DNA of 64,000 nucleotides, taken from the NCBI GenBank assembly GCA_020054475.1, contig JAHWGJ010000004.1, positions 5,384-69,383 of the forward strand, read 5' to 3'. How positions within the stretch are numbered: the first letter of the stretch is position 1; each line of letters starts with the position of its first letter. Source of the DNA: Thermoplasmata archaeon (lineage in GTDB: Archaea > Thermoplasmatota > E2 > DHVEG-1). A program made the position numbers and the translations under genes. Under the pieces are notes generated by a model. That model searched no databases, was not told the origin of the DNA, and saw only the letters and a program-made list of their open reading frames with translations. Of this stretch, positions 11,335 to 22,700 are shown piece after piece.

Positions 11335-13401
11335 TCATTCTCTCCTAATAATTTTTCTTAAAGGAATATAAGCTAATAATAGAGCAATAAATAACCAAAT
11401 AATTAAACCTGGCCAAACAGGTGCATTATAAAATATTGAAAAATTTAATCCCATAACTATGAGAACTGCAATAATTATGCCCATTAATGCCTCACCTGCA
11501 ACAAGTCCTGCTGTAAAAAGTAAACCTGTACGAATTGTTTTTTCTTTTGGCTTAATGCCCTTAATTTTTATTGCCAAATCCCAGTCACTAGATACTTCAT
11601 CTTTTACTGTTCCAAATTTTTTGAAAAGTATTTTATCTGTAATTAAACGAATTAAACCTCCAGAGAAAATAGGAATTGATAACGTAAATGGAAGATATAT
11701 TCCAATTGCTACAGGTAAAACCGGTAAATCAATTAAAATTAATACTAAAGCAAGAACCATGCCAACTAAAACATATGGCCATAACATTTCACCACCCAAT
11801 ACTCCTTGAACTATTCCTTTCATTAGAAATGCTTGAGGTGCAGGTAACTGCCTACTCCCTATTGTAAAAGCGTTATGAAGAACAGCAATTATCAATCCGA
11901 TTACAGAAGATATTGCTATTACACCAAAAGTCATTGAAATTTGTAATTTTTTTGGTGTAGCACCAAGCATTTGCCCACAAGCCATAGATTGTAATAAATC
12001 TCCAGATATTGAGCCACCAATGCAAATTACAGCTGATATAAATATAACAATAGCCATACCTTCTGGCCCAGTTACGCCTAATGCTAACATAATTAAACTT
12101 ACAATTAAAAGAACTGTAACAGTTACTCCAGAAATAGGACAATTTGATGATCCTACAAGACCAGTTAGGTAACCTGCTAAAGCACTTGCTAAAAAAGCAA
12201 AAGCAATTGTAATTATTGCCATTAATATTGATATTGTATAAATGTTTGATAGCCAAATATATAATAATGATATTGGAATCACCATTAAAAATATAGAAAT
12301 AAATACTAATTTATAGCCAATATCTTGATTAGTTCTTTTTTTTGTTTTAATTTCACCTTCTTTTATCCCCATAATTGCTTCTCTAATACTATCAACAAGA
12401 TTCATTCTAATTGTCCAAATTGCCCATAAACCTCCCACCAACATTGCTCCAACACCTATATATCTAATTTGATTTCCCCAAATTTGAAAAAACCCCCATA
12501 TATGGAAACCAAGATCCTGATTTCCATAGCCCATAGCAATTGCATTAGAAATATCAATAGTTGTTATTGGAGATGGCAATCCTGATGAAAGAGCTATTAG
12601 AGGCGTAATAATAACCCATCCAATTAAACCTCCAACAAGGACATATGATGAAATTTTAAAGCCAATTATCCATCCCACACCTAACAAGGCTGGAGAAGTT
12701 GTTAACCCGCCATATAACCATCCATTCTGAACCCTCCCCCCAATAGAAAATTTTCCAATACTTATGATATTTTCTATCGTACCTCTAAAAATATTTAAAG
12801 ATAATTCTCCAAATTTATATAAACCTGCAATAATAGCACCAAAAAAAAGCCAGATTTCACCGACGTCACCTTCTCTTTTTTTATTAGATGACGATGCATT
12901 CTCCCCTCCAACAGTTGTTGTTAAAACAGCAGCAACTGCAACTCCTTCCGGAAAAGGCAAATCTGTTTTAATGACTAATGCCCTTCTAAGAGGAACCATC
13001 CATAAAACACCTAAAATACCACCAATTAATGATATTATACTTGTTTCAAAATAATGTATCTCTGACCAAGCCCCCAATAAAACAAGAGCAGGAATTGTAA
13101 AAATTACGCCTGCGGCAATTGCCTCTCCTGCTGCTGCCCCCATAGTAGAAAAATTAACTTCTAATATTGTACCCTTAAATGGTTTCAAAATTGCTAAAGC
13201 TATAACAGCACCTGGAATAATAGCAGATACGGTCATTCCTGCATATAATCCAAGATATGCATTTGCAGCACCTAACAATATTGCGAGAAAAACACCAACC
13301 AATATAGATTTAAAAGTAAGCTCGGGAATTGATTTATTACCTGGTATAAATGATTTAAATTCCTCTCTAGAGGCCATGTAAATTAAATATATAAATTGCA
13401 T
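11335..13401 (-). CDS. OPT-family oligopeptide transporter
   Basis: 688 aa, about 16 predicted TM helices. The N-terminus and Gly/Ala-rich helices fit the OPT superfamily. Confidence 0.65.
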   Translation of the reverse strand: MQFIYLIYMASREEFKSFIPGNKSIPELTFKSILVGVFLAILLGAANAYLGLYAGMTVSAIIPGAVIALAILKPFKGTILEVNFSTMGAAAGEAIAAGVIFTIPALVLLGAWSEIHYFETSIISLIGGILGVLWMVPLRRALVIKTDLPFPEGVAVAAVLTTTVGGENASSSNKKREGDVGEIWLFFGAIIAGLYKFGELSLNIFRGTIENIISIGKFSIGGRVQNGWLYGGLTTSPALLGVGWIIGFKISSYVLVGGLIGWVIITPLIALSSGLPSPITTIDISNAIAMGYGNQDLGFHIWGFFQIWGNQIRYIGVGAMLVGGLWAIWTIRMNLVDSIREAIMGIKEGEIKTKKRTNQDIGYKLVFISIFLMVIPISLLYIWLSNIYTISILMAIITIAFAFLASALAGYLTGLVGSSNCPISGVTVTVLLIVSLIMLALGVTGPEGMAIVIFISAVICIGGSISGDLLQSMACGQMLGATPKKLQISMTFGVIAISSVIGLIIAVLHNAFTIGSRQLPAPQAFLMKGIVQGVLGGEMLWPYVLVGMVLALVLILIDLPVLPVAIGIYLPFTLSIPIFSGGLIRLITDKILFKKFGTVKDEVSSDWDLAIKIKGIKPKEKTIRTGLLFTAGLVAGEALMGIIIAVLIVMGLNFSIFYNAPVWPGLIIWLFIALLLAYIPLRKIIRRE

Positions 13402-13620
13402 TATATTAATATTTAATGTTTTTATAAAAATAATTTGAAAAATAAATATTAAAAAATTATGAAAAGGAAAAATATTATATAGTTGATTTTTAATCCGCCA
13501 TTTGGGGAGAGACCTTTAGATGTTAGACGATAAACATAGATACGTTAATAGTCATGATTTTGGCAAATTAGAATTAGTAGATAAGGAAATATTTTTTATT
13601 TCATTTAATAGAAGAGATAA

Positions 13621-13818
13621 TTAGAGAAAATTAGTAAGAATATTTTGAATAAAATCAAAAACATTTAAAAAATCTAAACCTAATAATATTAAAAATGCTA
13701 TTATCAGTATCAAAAATATTTTTATTGCAAATTTAATTAGTTTCCATGCAATAAAAATAATGATTATTCCAATTAATAATATTATCCATAAAGGTAAACT
13801 TCCAAATATTTCAATCAT
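13621..13818 (-). CDS. Small two-TM membrane protein
   Basis: 65 aa, entirely hydrophobic. ORF only. Confidence 0.25.
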   Translation of the reverse strand: MIEIFGSLPLWIILLIGIIIIFIAWKLIKFAIKIFLILIIAFLILLGLDFLNVFDFIQNILTNFL

Positions 13819-14428
13819 TATTATTCACAAAATTAAATCAGTACTATACAATATATACTTATCTAAAAATAAATAATATATTTTAATTATTGTTAATTTA
13901 GATTAAAAACTAAAACGTTTTATTTAATTCAAATTATCATCTTTTTTTATTGTTATAATTCTTTAATAATTAATAATTATTGTAACATTTATATCATATA
14001 ACAATTGAATAAGGAAAATTATATATACAATATAACAAATATATTATTTCAAATCAAGCGGGAGAGAAGAAAAGAATTGTTATTTCTACGCTTCCTTGAT
14101 ATGTCCCCCTTTTTTCTTCTCTTCGCCTCCGTTTTTTATTTATAAAAATTATGGTAATATTTATATTTTAATAGTTAATATCTTAATTATTAGGGGAGTA
14201 ATACGTTTGTTTAATAAGAATTTTGTTGAGGGTTTAGAAGATATTTTCTTTAAAATTGAAAATAATTATGGATAATAATTTAATAGATTTGATTTGTATG
14301 AATTGCAATAAAACTTTCGGGTTTTATATTATCAAACGTTCATAATGTAAATCAGTTAAAATTAATTTTTGATCAAGATAATAATTTGGTAAATTATTTG
14401 TTAATATTCGGAAGTTTTTTAATTTTTT

Positions 14429-14488
14429 AGCTTGGGACTGATCCAAAAAAGAATTACCAAAATTGGTAATTCAATTTAATCCCAAGCT
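14429..14488. promoter_or_regulatory. Nested inverted repeat. Outer arms AGCTTGGGA / TCCCAAGCT enclose a 22-nt near-perfect palindrome GAATTACCAAAATTGGTAATTC.
   Basis: Read directly from the sequence in the 730-bp non-coding gap 13819-14547. Confidence 0.4.
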
Positions 14489-14547
14489 ATATTTTTAATA
14501 AAATTTGTAGTATTTAAATTATCATCTCTTTTTTCCCTTTTTTTTAA

Positions 14548-14736
14548 TCACTTCTTATATGCTCTATGGTTAAATTCAGCAGCTAAAACCAGCAATCCAA
14601 TAATAAAAATTATTCCAGCTATATAGGTATTTGCAAAATAATCAATGTTAACTAAACCAGTGATACCAATAATCAACAGTATAATACTTTTAATTATAAC
14701 TACAATAAAACATGTATCCATTTTATAATACCTCAT
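14548..14736 (-). CDS. Small membrane protein
   Basis: 62 aa, two hydrophobic helices. Confidence 0.25.
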   Translation of the reverse strand: MRYYKMDTCFIVVIIKSIILLIIGITGLVNIDYFANTYIAGIIFIIGLLVLAAEFNHRAYKK

Positions 14737-14949
14737 AAATTATACATTATTACCCTATTAAAAATGTTTAAATTTTTGAGAATTTTATAAAATTATTTTT
14801 CAATATTATTTTCCATCAAATGTAATAATAAAACGATGATTCAAAATAAGAGTATTTATACAATATACTCCTTATCATTTAAACAATCATATTATAAATA
14901 TTATAAAAAAATTAATTAAAACTTGAATTGTTTAATTTATGCTTCAATA

Positions 14950-15225
14950 TTATAAATCTTTATCTTTTTCAAAAATATTCATCCCCTCGATAATGTTATT
15001 TGAACAATCTAAACAAATATCCTCATTTGCCATTTCAAACTTTGTTTTATATTTTCCACATATTGAACAAATATTTTTTTTGATATTAGATTTTTTCTCT
15101 TCAATTTTTATTTTTTGTTTTTTTATATTTACCGAGGTTTTGCATCTTGAGCATGGTGCATACCATTCAGATTTCCCATGATAATTCCATTTATATCCGC
15201 ATCTTTGACATTTAAGAATAACCAT
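14950..15225 (-). CDS. Multi-CxxC zinc-ribbon protein
   Basis: CQRCG...CSRC plus CSICG...CLDC, i.e. two Cys4 knuckle pairs. Preferred over the overlapping + strand ORF. Confidence 0.45.
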   Translation of the reverse strand: MVILKCQRCGYKWNYHGKSEWYAPCSRCKTSVNIKKQKIKIEEKKSNIKKNICSICGKYKTKFEMANEDICLDCSNNIIEGMNIFEKDKDL

Positions 15226-15373
15226 GTGTAGTAGTAGGTAGTGGGTAGTATTTAAATTTATTTATATAATTTAATAAACAAAATATATGAAAATGATTTT
15301 CAAAAAAAAAATTAATAAAAAGGAAATTTTTTTTATGCAAATTACTAAAAATATAAACCATATTCTAATTTAA

Positions 15374-17656
15374 GTGCAAACAAAATATATAAATTATAAA
15401 AAAATAAAACTCAAAAAAATTGAATTTAGAGAATATCAAGTAAATATTGCTGAAACCTCTTTTAAAAAAAATACTTTAATAGTTTTACCTACGGGTCTAG
15501 GAAAAACTGTTATTGCTCTAATATTGATATCAAAAATCATTCAAATATGTAAAAAAGAAGAAAAAATTTTATTCTTAGCACCTACAAAACCACTAGTATT
15601 GCAACACGCAAAATTTCTTAAAGAATCTCTCAAAATTGACTGTGAATCGATTTCAATATTTACCGGTGAAATATCACCTGAAGAACGGAATAAATTATGG
15701 ACTCGAAGTAAAATAATAATATCTACACCTCAAGTTGTAGAAAATGATCTTTTATCAAAAAAAATTGATATAAAAGACGTTTCTTTTATTATATTCGATG
15801 AAGCACATCATGCTGTTGGAAAATATTCATACGTCTTTATTTCTGAAATGTATAAAAAACATAGGGCGGATGGATATATTTTAGGTATGACTGCTTCACC
15901 AGGGAACGAAATTCCAAAAATTAAGGAAATATGTAAAAATCTTAATATAAAAAATATAGAGTTACGTACGAAATATGATTCTGATGTTAAGCCATATATC
16001 CATAATTTAGAAGTAATATGGAAAGAAGTTTTTCTTCCAAAGGAATTTTCGTATACAATTCAATTACTTAGAAAATCATTATCTGATCGTTTAAAATTTT
16101 TAAAAGAATTTAAATTTATTGATTCTGCATCAGTTGCAAGAATAAATCGGACAAAACTTCTTGATGCCCAAATTAAAATTCAAAAGGAAATAAAATCAAG
16201 AGTAAAAATTCCAAAAATATTGTTTCAAGCGGCATCAATCCAAAGCGAAGCATTGAAATTATATTTTGCTATTGAATTATTGCAAACTCAAGGAGTAAAT
16301 GCTTTAAATAATTATTTTCAGAGAATGAATAAGGAAGTTCTCACTAAAAATAGCACCAAATCTTCTAAATCAATTATGTCTGATCAAAATATAAGTGAAG
16401 CTGTTGCATATGTTAAATCATTAGATATTGAACACCCTAAATTACAAGAGATAATAAATATAGTTGAAAAACAGTTATCCAAAGCACCTAATTCAAAAAT
16501 TATAATTTTTACTCATTATAGAGATACATCGTTAAAGGTATATGATATTTTAAAAAATATTGATAATTATAAACCAGTTCGATTTATTGGGCAAGCTGGA
16601 AAAGATAAAGATAAAGGCTTAACTCAGAAGCAACAAGCTGATATTATTTCAAAATTTAAAAATGGAGAATTCAATATTTTAATAGCAACGTCAGTAGCAG
16701 AAGAAGGACTTGATATCCCATCAACAGAATTAGTCGTATTTTTTGAACCAATACCCTCGGAGATTCGTAATATTCAGAGAAGAGGTAGAACCGCAAGGAA
16801 AATGTCAGGAAAAGTTATTATTCTAATAACAAAAGGAACACCTGATGAAGGATATTATTGGGCGTCAAAAAGAAGAGAAAAACTTATGAGAACAGAGCTT
16901 GAACTTTTAAGATCAAAAATTGATAATAAAACACACACTGATTTTTTTAATTATGATAATATAGATAATATCAATAATCAATCAACTTTGAAAGATTATG
17001 AAAAAAATAATCAAGAAATTAAAATAATAATAGATCATAGAGAATATCGATCAAGAGTAGTTAGAAACCTTATGGAATTAGGTATATCTATTGAATCTCA
17101 ACAGTTAGCTGTAGGTGATTATATATTATCATCTAGAATCGGAGTAGAAAGAAAAAATGTAGATGATTTTTTAAATTCACTTATTAATGGTAAATTATTT
17201 TTACAAATATCAAAATTAAGAGATGCATATTCAAGACCAATGTTAATTATAGAGGGGGAAGGTCTTCTTACAAAAAGAAATATTAAACATAATGCAATTT
17301 TTGGTAGTTTAGTTTCAATAATGATTGATTATGGAATTCCAATTTTTACAACTAAGGATGATATAGAGACAGCGAATATTTTATCATTAGCAGCAAAAAG
17401 AGAACAGAAAAAAGATAAAAAATCTGTATCAATAAGAGGCGAAAAAACCTCGATGTCAATTCAAGAACAACAGCAATTTATTGTTGAAGGATTACCAAAT
17501 GTATCTTCAATTCTTGCAAAACGATTACTATCAAAATTTGGATCAATTAAGTCGATAATTAATGCAACAGAAAATGAACTTCAAGACGTAAATGGTGTAG
17601 GAAAAAATATTGCATTAAAAATTATTGAAATACTTAATTCTGAATTTGATGAATGA
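15374..17656 (+). CDS. hef: Hef-type helicase/nuclease (SF2 helicase + XPF-family nuclease + HhH2)
   Basis: GTG start. Helicase motif I PTGLGKT, motif II FDEAHH, motif VI QRRGRTAR. C-terminal ERKNVDDF nuclease block and a C-terminal HhH region. Confidence 0.85.
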   Translation: MQTKYINYKKIKLKKIEFREYQVNIAETSFKKNTLIVLPTGLGKTVIALILISKIIQICKKEEKILFLAPTKPLVLQHAKFLKESLKIDCESISIFTGEISPEERNKLWTRSKIIISTPQVVENDLLSKKIDIKDVSFIIFDEAHHAVGKYSYVFISEMYKKHRADGYILGMTASPGNEIPKIKEICKNLNIKNIELRTKYDSDVKPYIHNLEVIWKEVFLPKEFSYTIQLLRKSLSDRLKFLKEFKFIDSASVARINRTKLLDAQIKIQKEIKSRVKIPKILFQAASIQSEALKLYFAIELLQTQGVNALNNYFQRMNKEVLTKNSTKSSKSIMSDQNISEAVAYVKSLDIEHPKLQEIINIVEKQLSKAPNSKIIIFTHYRDTSLKVYDILKNIDNYKPVRFIGQAGKDKDKGLTQKQQADIISKFKNGEFNILIATSVAEEGLDIPSTELVVFFEPIPSEIRNIQRRGRTARKMSGKVIILITKGTPDEGYYWASKRREKLMRTELELLRSKIDNKTHTDFFNYDNIDNINNQSTLKDYEKNNQEIKIIIDHREYRSRVVRNLMELGISIESQQLAVGDYILSSRIGVERKNVDDFLNSLINGKLFLQISKLRDAYSRPMLIIEGEGLLTKRNIKHNAIFGSLVSIMIDYGIPIFTTKDDIETANILSLAAKREQKKDKKSVSIRGEKTSMSIQEQQQFIVEGLPNVSSILAKRLLSKFGSIKSIINATENELQDVNGVGKNIALKIIEILNSEFDE

Positions 17657-17724
17657 AAATATATACCAAATATTTTTATCCTATTCTTATATACACAGGT
17701 AAAACACTCGAAGGGTGAATTAAT

Positions 17725-17976
17725 ATGTCAGATGACGTTATTATTCAAGTTTGTGATGGATTAGATATGTTAAATGAGGATAATTCAATTCCCAGAAATA
17801 TTAGAAGAGGCGCAGAAGAAATTAAAACTGTTTTACTAAAAGAATCTGACCCTTTAGATGTAAGAGTATCTACCGCTACTTCTAGACTAGATGAATTAGC
17901 AAATGACCCGAATATCCCTTTACATGGTAGAACTCTAATTTGGAATATAATGAGCCGTTTAGAGGAATTAGCATAA
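17725..17976 (+). CDS. UPF0147-like small conserved archaeal protein
   Basis: 83 aa helical protein. Composition and length match the archaeal UPF0147 family. Confidence 0.5.
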   Translation: MSDDVIIQVCDGLDMLNEDNSIPRNIRRGAEEIKTVLLKESDPLDVRVSTATSRLDELANDPNIPLHGRTLIWNIMSRLEELA

Positions 17977-18034
17977 ATTTAATTGAATGTAAAATTATTT
18001 ATTTGGAATAAATAATTAAAAAAAGCTAATTTAA

Positions 18035-18931
18035 TTGGAGAAATTATTAATGATAAGGATTGGACAAGCTGGAATACCTCTTTCTTGTAAAGGTAGAACA
18101 AATAAAGATGGTTTAAGATATACAAAAGAAATTCTTGATCTTAATGCAATGGAAGTTCAATTTGTTCGAGGCTTATATGTAATGAAGGATGAAGAAGCAG
18201 ATTTTATGAAAGAATATTCTATTGAAAATGATGTTGAATTACATGTACATGCACCTTATTACATAAATTTAGCTGATGACGATGAAGTAGAATTAAGTTT
18301 TGATAAAACGATTTTTTCAGCAAAATTAGCTGAAAAAATGGGAGCAAAAACCGTAATTATTCATCCAGGTTATTACGGTGATAAAAATGAGAAAAAAACC
18401 TTAAAAAATATAATTAAAAATACCAAAAAACTTAATAAGATTTTTAAAAAGGAGAAAATTAATACAAAACTAGGTATAGAAACTATGGGGAAGCAAAGAG
18501 TATTTGGTAGTATTGATGAGATTATTGAGGTTTGTAGTAATGTAAAAGATGTGCAGCCAATCATTGATATTGCTCATATTCATGCAAGAGGTAATGGTTG
18601 TTTAAAAAATTATGAAGATTTTGAAGGTATATTCAATAAATTGAAAAAACTCAAGTTAAAACATTATGTCTTGCATATTACTGGTGTTTTATATGATGAT
18701 TATAATGAACAATATCATTTACCAATAAAAAAAGGCGATATGCCACTAGCTCCTTTATTAGATGTCATACTAGATAATGATTACAATGTAACCTTAATTT
18801 CAGAATCACCACTATTAGAACATGATGCAGTATATATTAGGTTACAAGTAGAAAAAGCCATAATGAAAAGAACAGCTAGGGAAGAAGCAGATTATAGAGA
18901 TATTGAGAAAAAAAATTGGAAAAAAAATTGA
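18035..18931 (+). CDS. nfo: AP endonuclease family 2 (endonuclease IV-like) TIM-barrel protein
   Basis: HVHAPYYINLA and IIHPG motifs, plus a later DIAHIHA metal-binding block. Confidence 0.55.
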   Translation: MEKLLMIRIGQAGIPLSCKGRTNKDGLRYTKEILDLNAMEVQFVRGLYVMKDEEADFMKEYSIENDVELHVHAPYYINLADDDEVELSFDKTIFSAKLAEKMGAKTVIIHPGYYGDKNEKKTLKNIIKNTKKLNKIFKKEKINTKLGIETMGKQRVFGSIDEIIEVCSNVKDVQPIIDIAHIHARGNGCLKNYEDFEGIFNKLKKLKLKHYVLHITGVLYDDYNEQYHLPIKKGDMPLAPLLDVILDNDYNVTLISESPLLEHDAVYIRLQVEKAIMKRTAREEADYRDIEKKNWKKN

Positions 18932-18955
18932 TCATCAAAATTATTTGAAATTGAA

Positions 18956-19519
18956 ATGACAAAAAAAATGATTTTTAATAATTCATTAAATTACATACAA
19001 TCAAAAGTTAGTGAAATAGTAGAAAAAGTTTCACAAAATGATATTAAAAAAATTAAGGAATTGTTTTTTAATTCCAATCATATATTTGTATATGGGGCAG
19101 GAAGATCGGGACTTGTTGCAAAAGCATTTGCAATTAGGCTTGTTCATTTAGGATTTCAAACATTTGTTATAGGTGAAACAATCACTCAACCAGTTCAAAA
19201 AGGTGATCTAGTTGTAATTGTATCTGGTTCAGGCGAAACAATTCCAGCTGTTATGACGGCAGAAATTTCCCATAATCTTGGAGCAAATGTTGTATCAATT
19301 ACAGCGAAGAAAAAATCAGAAATAGCAAAATTTGCAGATGTAACATTATTTATTTCAATTGATTATAATGATATTGGAAGAAAACAATATGCCCCACTTG
19401 GAACTCTTTTTGAAGCAAGCGTATGGATATTGCTTGATGCTATGATTGCTGATTTGTTAGATAGTAAAAATGAAACAGAAGATATAATGCGTAAACGTCA
19501 TGCGACGCTAGAACAATAA
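18956..19519 (+). CDS. SIS-domain sugar-phosphate isomerase (6-phospho-3-hexuloisomerase-like)
   Basis: VYGAGRSGLVAKAFAIRL...VVIVSGSGET is SIS-domain topology. Size 187 aa. Confidence 0.55.
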   Translation: MTKKMIFNNSLNYIQSKVSEIVEKVSQNDIKKIKELFFNSNHIFVYGAGRSGLVAKAFAIRLVHLGFQTFVIGETITQPVQKGDLVVIVSGSGETIPAVMTAEISHNLGANVVSITAKKKSEIAKFADVTLFISIDYNDIGRKQYAPLGTLFEASVWILLDAMIADLLDSKNETEDIMRKRHATLEQ

Positions 19520-19598
19520 TTTTTTTTTAAATAGTTTAAATTAGGTCTACCACAGTTTTATAAACATATAGTTAATTACGTGTAAAAAGGTAATTTTT

Positions 19599-20549
19599 AT
19601 GGGGAAAGACGATAATGATAAGATTGATAAATTACCGGGCGTTGGACCTGCAACTGCAGAAAAATTAAGGGACGCCGGTTATACTGACATACTGAGCATA
19701 GCAGTGGCATCTCCAAAAGAGTTATCAGATGCAGCAGAATTAGGCGAATCTTCAGGTGCAAAAATAATTCAAGGAGCAAGAAAACAAGCTGATGTTGGTA
19801 AATTCGAAACAGGTACAACTCTACTAGAGAAGAGAGCAAAAATAGGAAGAATCACATCAGGATCTAAATCATTTGATGAATTATTAGGTGGTGGTTTTGA
19901 AACTCAATCTATTATTGAACTTTTTGGAGAATTTGGATCAGCGAAAACGCAAATTGCGCATCAATTGTGTGTTGCAGTTCAACTTCCAACAGATCTAGGG
20001 GGTTTAAATAAACAAGCATTTTTTATTGATACTGAAAATACTTTTAGACCTGAACGTATTCAACAAATGGCTGAGGCATTGGATTTAGATCCAGATAATG
20101 TTCTACAAAATATTCATGTTGCACGTGCTTATAATTCAAGTCATCAGATGCTTTTGGTAGAAAAGGTAAAAGAATTATCAAAGGAAATACCCGGAGGATT
20201 ACTTGTTGTTGATTCATTAACTGCTCATTTTCGTGCAGAATATATAGGTAGAGGTGCTTTAGCTGACAGACAACAGAAACTCAATAAACATATGCATGAT
20301 CTTCTAAGATGGAGTGATTTAAATAATGGCGTTGTTTGTGTGACTAATCAAGTTTCATCAAAACCAGATGCATTTTTTGGAGATCCAACTAGACCCATAG
20401 GCGGTCATATAGTAGGTCATACTGCAACTTTTAGGATATATCTTAGAAAAAGTAAAGGACCAAAAAGAATAGCAAGACTAATTGATTCTCCTCATCTGCC
20501 AGAGGGGGAAGCAGTTTTTAATGTAAGTGAAAAAGGGATTACAGATTAA
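19599..20549 (+). CDS. radA: DNA repair and recombination protein RadA
   Basis: N-terminal HhH ([12 protein letters not shown]). Walker [10 protein letters not shown], Walker B LLVVDS. Archaeal RadA length. Confidence 0.9.
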   Translation: MGKDDNDKIDKLPGVGPATAEKLRDAGYTDILSIAVASPKELSDAAELGESSGAKIIQGARKQADVGKFETGTTLLEKRAKIGRITSGSKSFDELLGGGFETQSIIELFGEFGSAKTQIAHQLCVAVQLPTDLGGLNKQAFFIDTENTFRPERIQQMAEALDLDPDNVLQNIHVARAYNSSHQMLLVEKVKELSKEIPGGLLVVDSLTAHFRAEYIGRGALADRQQKLNKHMHDLLRWSDLNNGVVCVTNQVSSKPDAFFGDPTRPIGGHIVGHTATFRIYLRKSKGPKRIARLIDSPHLPEGEAVFNVSEKGITD

Positions 20550-20615
20550 AATTTAATAAATAAGGAAAAACTTAAATGGAAGTTTAAACATTTCATAATA
20601 CGAGGTGAAGATAGT

Positions 20616-20801
20616 ATGGTATTTGAATATGAAGGATGGACATTATATACGAGAGATGTAAATCTTAAGGGAGGGCGAATTCAAACAATTTATTTTTTCA
20701 GTAAAAGAACACCAAAAAGTGGGACACAATGCGATAAACCAGAAAATATGGAAGTTGGTGTAAATAAAAGAACAGGTTTACCATATTTAAAAAAGAAATG
20801 A
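20616..20801 (+). CDS. Small hypothetical protein
   Basis: 61-aa ORF directly downstream of radA. No recognisable motif. Confidence 0.2.
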   Translation: MVFEYEGWTLYTRDVNLKGGRIQTIYFFSKRTPKSGTQCDKPENMEVGVNKRTGLPYLKKK

Positions 20802-20817
20802 TAATTTCATTTTTTAT

Positions 20818-20850
20818 GCTGACATTAAATTGTCAGCAAATTTTATTTTA
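20818..20850 (+). terminator. Perfect hairpin GCTGACA-TTAAAT-TGTCAGC followed by a T-rich run
   Basis: Seen in sequence downstream of radA and the small ORF. Confidence 0.4.
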
Positions 20851-20919
20851 ATTATTAATTAGATTTAAAAATATATATTATTTAAATAAGAAAATTTTGT
20901 TTTAGGTATAGAATTTTTT

Positions 20920-22050
20920 ATGAAAACAAAAATTGGCTTTATTATTAATCCTATTTCAGGAATGGGTGGTAGGGTAGGTTTAAAAGGTACAGATGGAGTT
21001 TTTGAAGAAGCATTAAAATTAGGCGCAAAAAGAATATCTCCATTAAAAGCGAAATCTATGCTAGACTATTACTTTTCTCATTATTCAAAAAATGATAAAA
21101 TAAAATGGTTAACATGTTCAAAAGAAATGGGGGAAGAAGAATTAAAAAAAGCAGGTCTAAACGATATTGAAATTGTATATAAATTAAAAAAGGAAAAGAC
21201 AAATTCGTTAGATACTAAAAAAGTATGTAAAAAAATGTTAGAAAATAATGTTGATTTAATCCTTTTTTGTGGCGGAGATGGAACCGCAAGAGATATATTT
21301 CATATAATAAGGGATAAAATACCAATGCTTGGAATACCTTCCGGTGTAAAAATGCATTCAGGAGTATTTGGTATAAATACAGAAGCTACAGCGAAAATGT
21401 TACATGAATTTGTAAATCATAGACTTGTCATTGGGGAGGTTGAAATACTTGATGTTGATGAAAAGTTATATAGGAAAGGAGAATGGAAAATTCGATTTTT
21501 TGGAACCGCGAAAGGCATTGTTGAACCAACATTTGTGCAGGTAGGAAAAACTGTTTATGAATCTATTGATGATAGTGATATAAAAAATGAACTGACTGAA
21601 CATATTGAAGATGAAATGGAAAAATTCAATGATTTTCTATTCTTATTTGGTCCGGGGGGAACAATTAATCATATATTAAATAAATCGGGTTATAAAAATT
21701 CAATACTCGGTATAGATGCAATTTATAATAAAAAATTAGTAGGAAAAGATCTTAATGAAGAAAAAATTCTTGATCTTTTAAAAAATTATAAAAAAATTAA
21801 ACTAGTTCTTAGTCCAATTGGAGCCCAAGGTTTTATTTTAGGTAGAGGTAATCTGCAATTAAGCCCTAAAATTATTAGAAAAATTGGGATTAACAATATA
21901 ATTGTTATTTCAACGCCATCTAAAATAATTTCAACTCCATTTATTAGAGTTGATACAGGTGATAAAAATTTAGATAATATTTTTAAAAAAGAGGAATTTA
22001 TAATGGTGGTTATAGGTTATAGACTTAGTAGAGTAGTCAAGTTTGGGTAA
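20920..22050 (+). CDS. ATP-NAD kinase / diacylglycerol-kinase-like family protein
   Basis: GGDGT motif (LILFCGGDGTARD) and NAD-kinase-like fold signature. Confidence 0.5.
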   Translation: MKTKIGFIINPISGMGGRVGLKGTDGVFEEALKLGAKRISPLKAKSMLDYYFSHYSKNDKIKWLTCSKEMGEEELKKAGLNDIEIVYKLKKEKTNSLDTKKVCKKMLENNVDLILFCGGDGTARDIFHIIRDKIPMLGIPSGVKMHSGVFGINTEATAKMLHEFVNHRLVIGEVEILDVDEKLYRKGEWKIRFFGTAKGIVEPTFVQVGKTVYESIDDSDIKNELTEHIEDEMEKFNDFLFLFGPGGTINHILNKSGYKNSILGIDAIYNKKLVGKDLNEEKILDLLKNYKKIKLVLSPIGAQGFILGRGNLQLSPKIIRKIGINNIIVISTPSKIISTPFIRVDTGDKNLDNIFKKEEFIMVVIGYRLSRVVKFG

Positions 22051-22700
22051 AAAAATAATGTATTTTAAAAGATATTTTATTATATAATTTTAAATCTATT
22101 TTTTTATAATCATTTATTAATCTAAAAATTGTGGTTAAATACCATTTCAATTAAACACCAATTAAACTCAATATCATTTAGGAGGCGAGATCCTTTTTTT
22201 TAAATTGTCTTTCTCTCCTTCTCTCTCTTCTTAATCATTTTCTTAATAAATTGATATATCTTTAGTTAAATAAAAGGAGAAAAAATATTAATTAAAATTA
22301 TTACTAATAGTTTTTAATAATTTATTTATATTTTAATCATATTCTGAATTGTTTTATTATTTAATTTATTAAATATTATAGTATAACCAATTAAATTTAT
22401 ATATTTCAATTTTTATAATTTTTTAACATTTGTTACAAGGTTATTGATTAAATTTGAGCAAAAGTTACATCATAAATTGGAATCAGTGAGCATTAGTTAC
22501 TTTTTATTTTGGATGAAATGGACATATGTTTTAATTGGCTTTATTTTTTTCAAAGATTTAAAATTAAATATTCATTGTTTTTTTTTTATTTTGAAATTTG
22601 TTAAATATATATTGTAAACCAACAACTTTTAATATACCCATATGTTTCCAAAAAAATCAATATAAATCATAAGAGTACATTACTGGAGGCAAAACGATAT

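Noticed and set aside
14939-15181. + strand 80-aa ORF
   Set aside because: It overlaps the minus-strand multi-CxxC zinc-ribbon ORF, which has clear metal-binding motifs. The + frame is low-complexity.
22051-22700. 650-bp gap upstream of the kbl-like gene as a possible riboswitch or leader
   Set aside because: It contains only AT-rich sequence and a CT-rich tract (GGAGGCGAGATCCTTTTTTTTAAATTGTCTTTCTCTCCTTCTCTCTCTTC). I recognise no conserved riboswitch core, and I cannot fold or scan it here.
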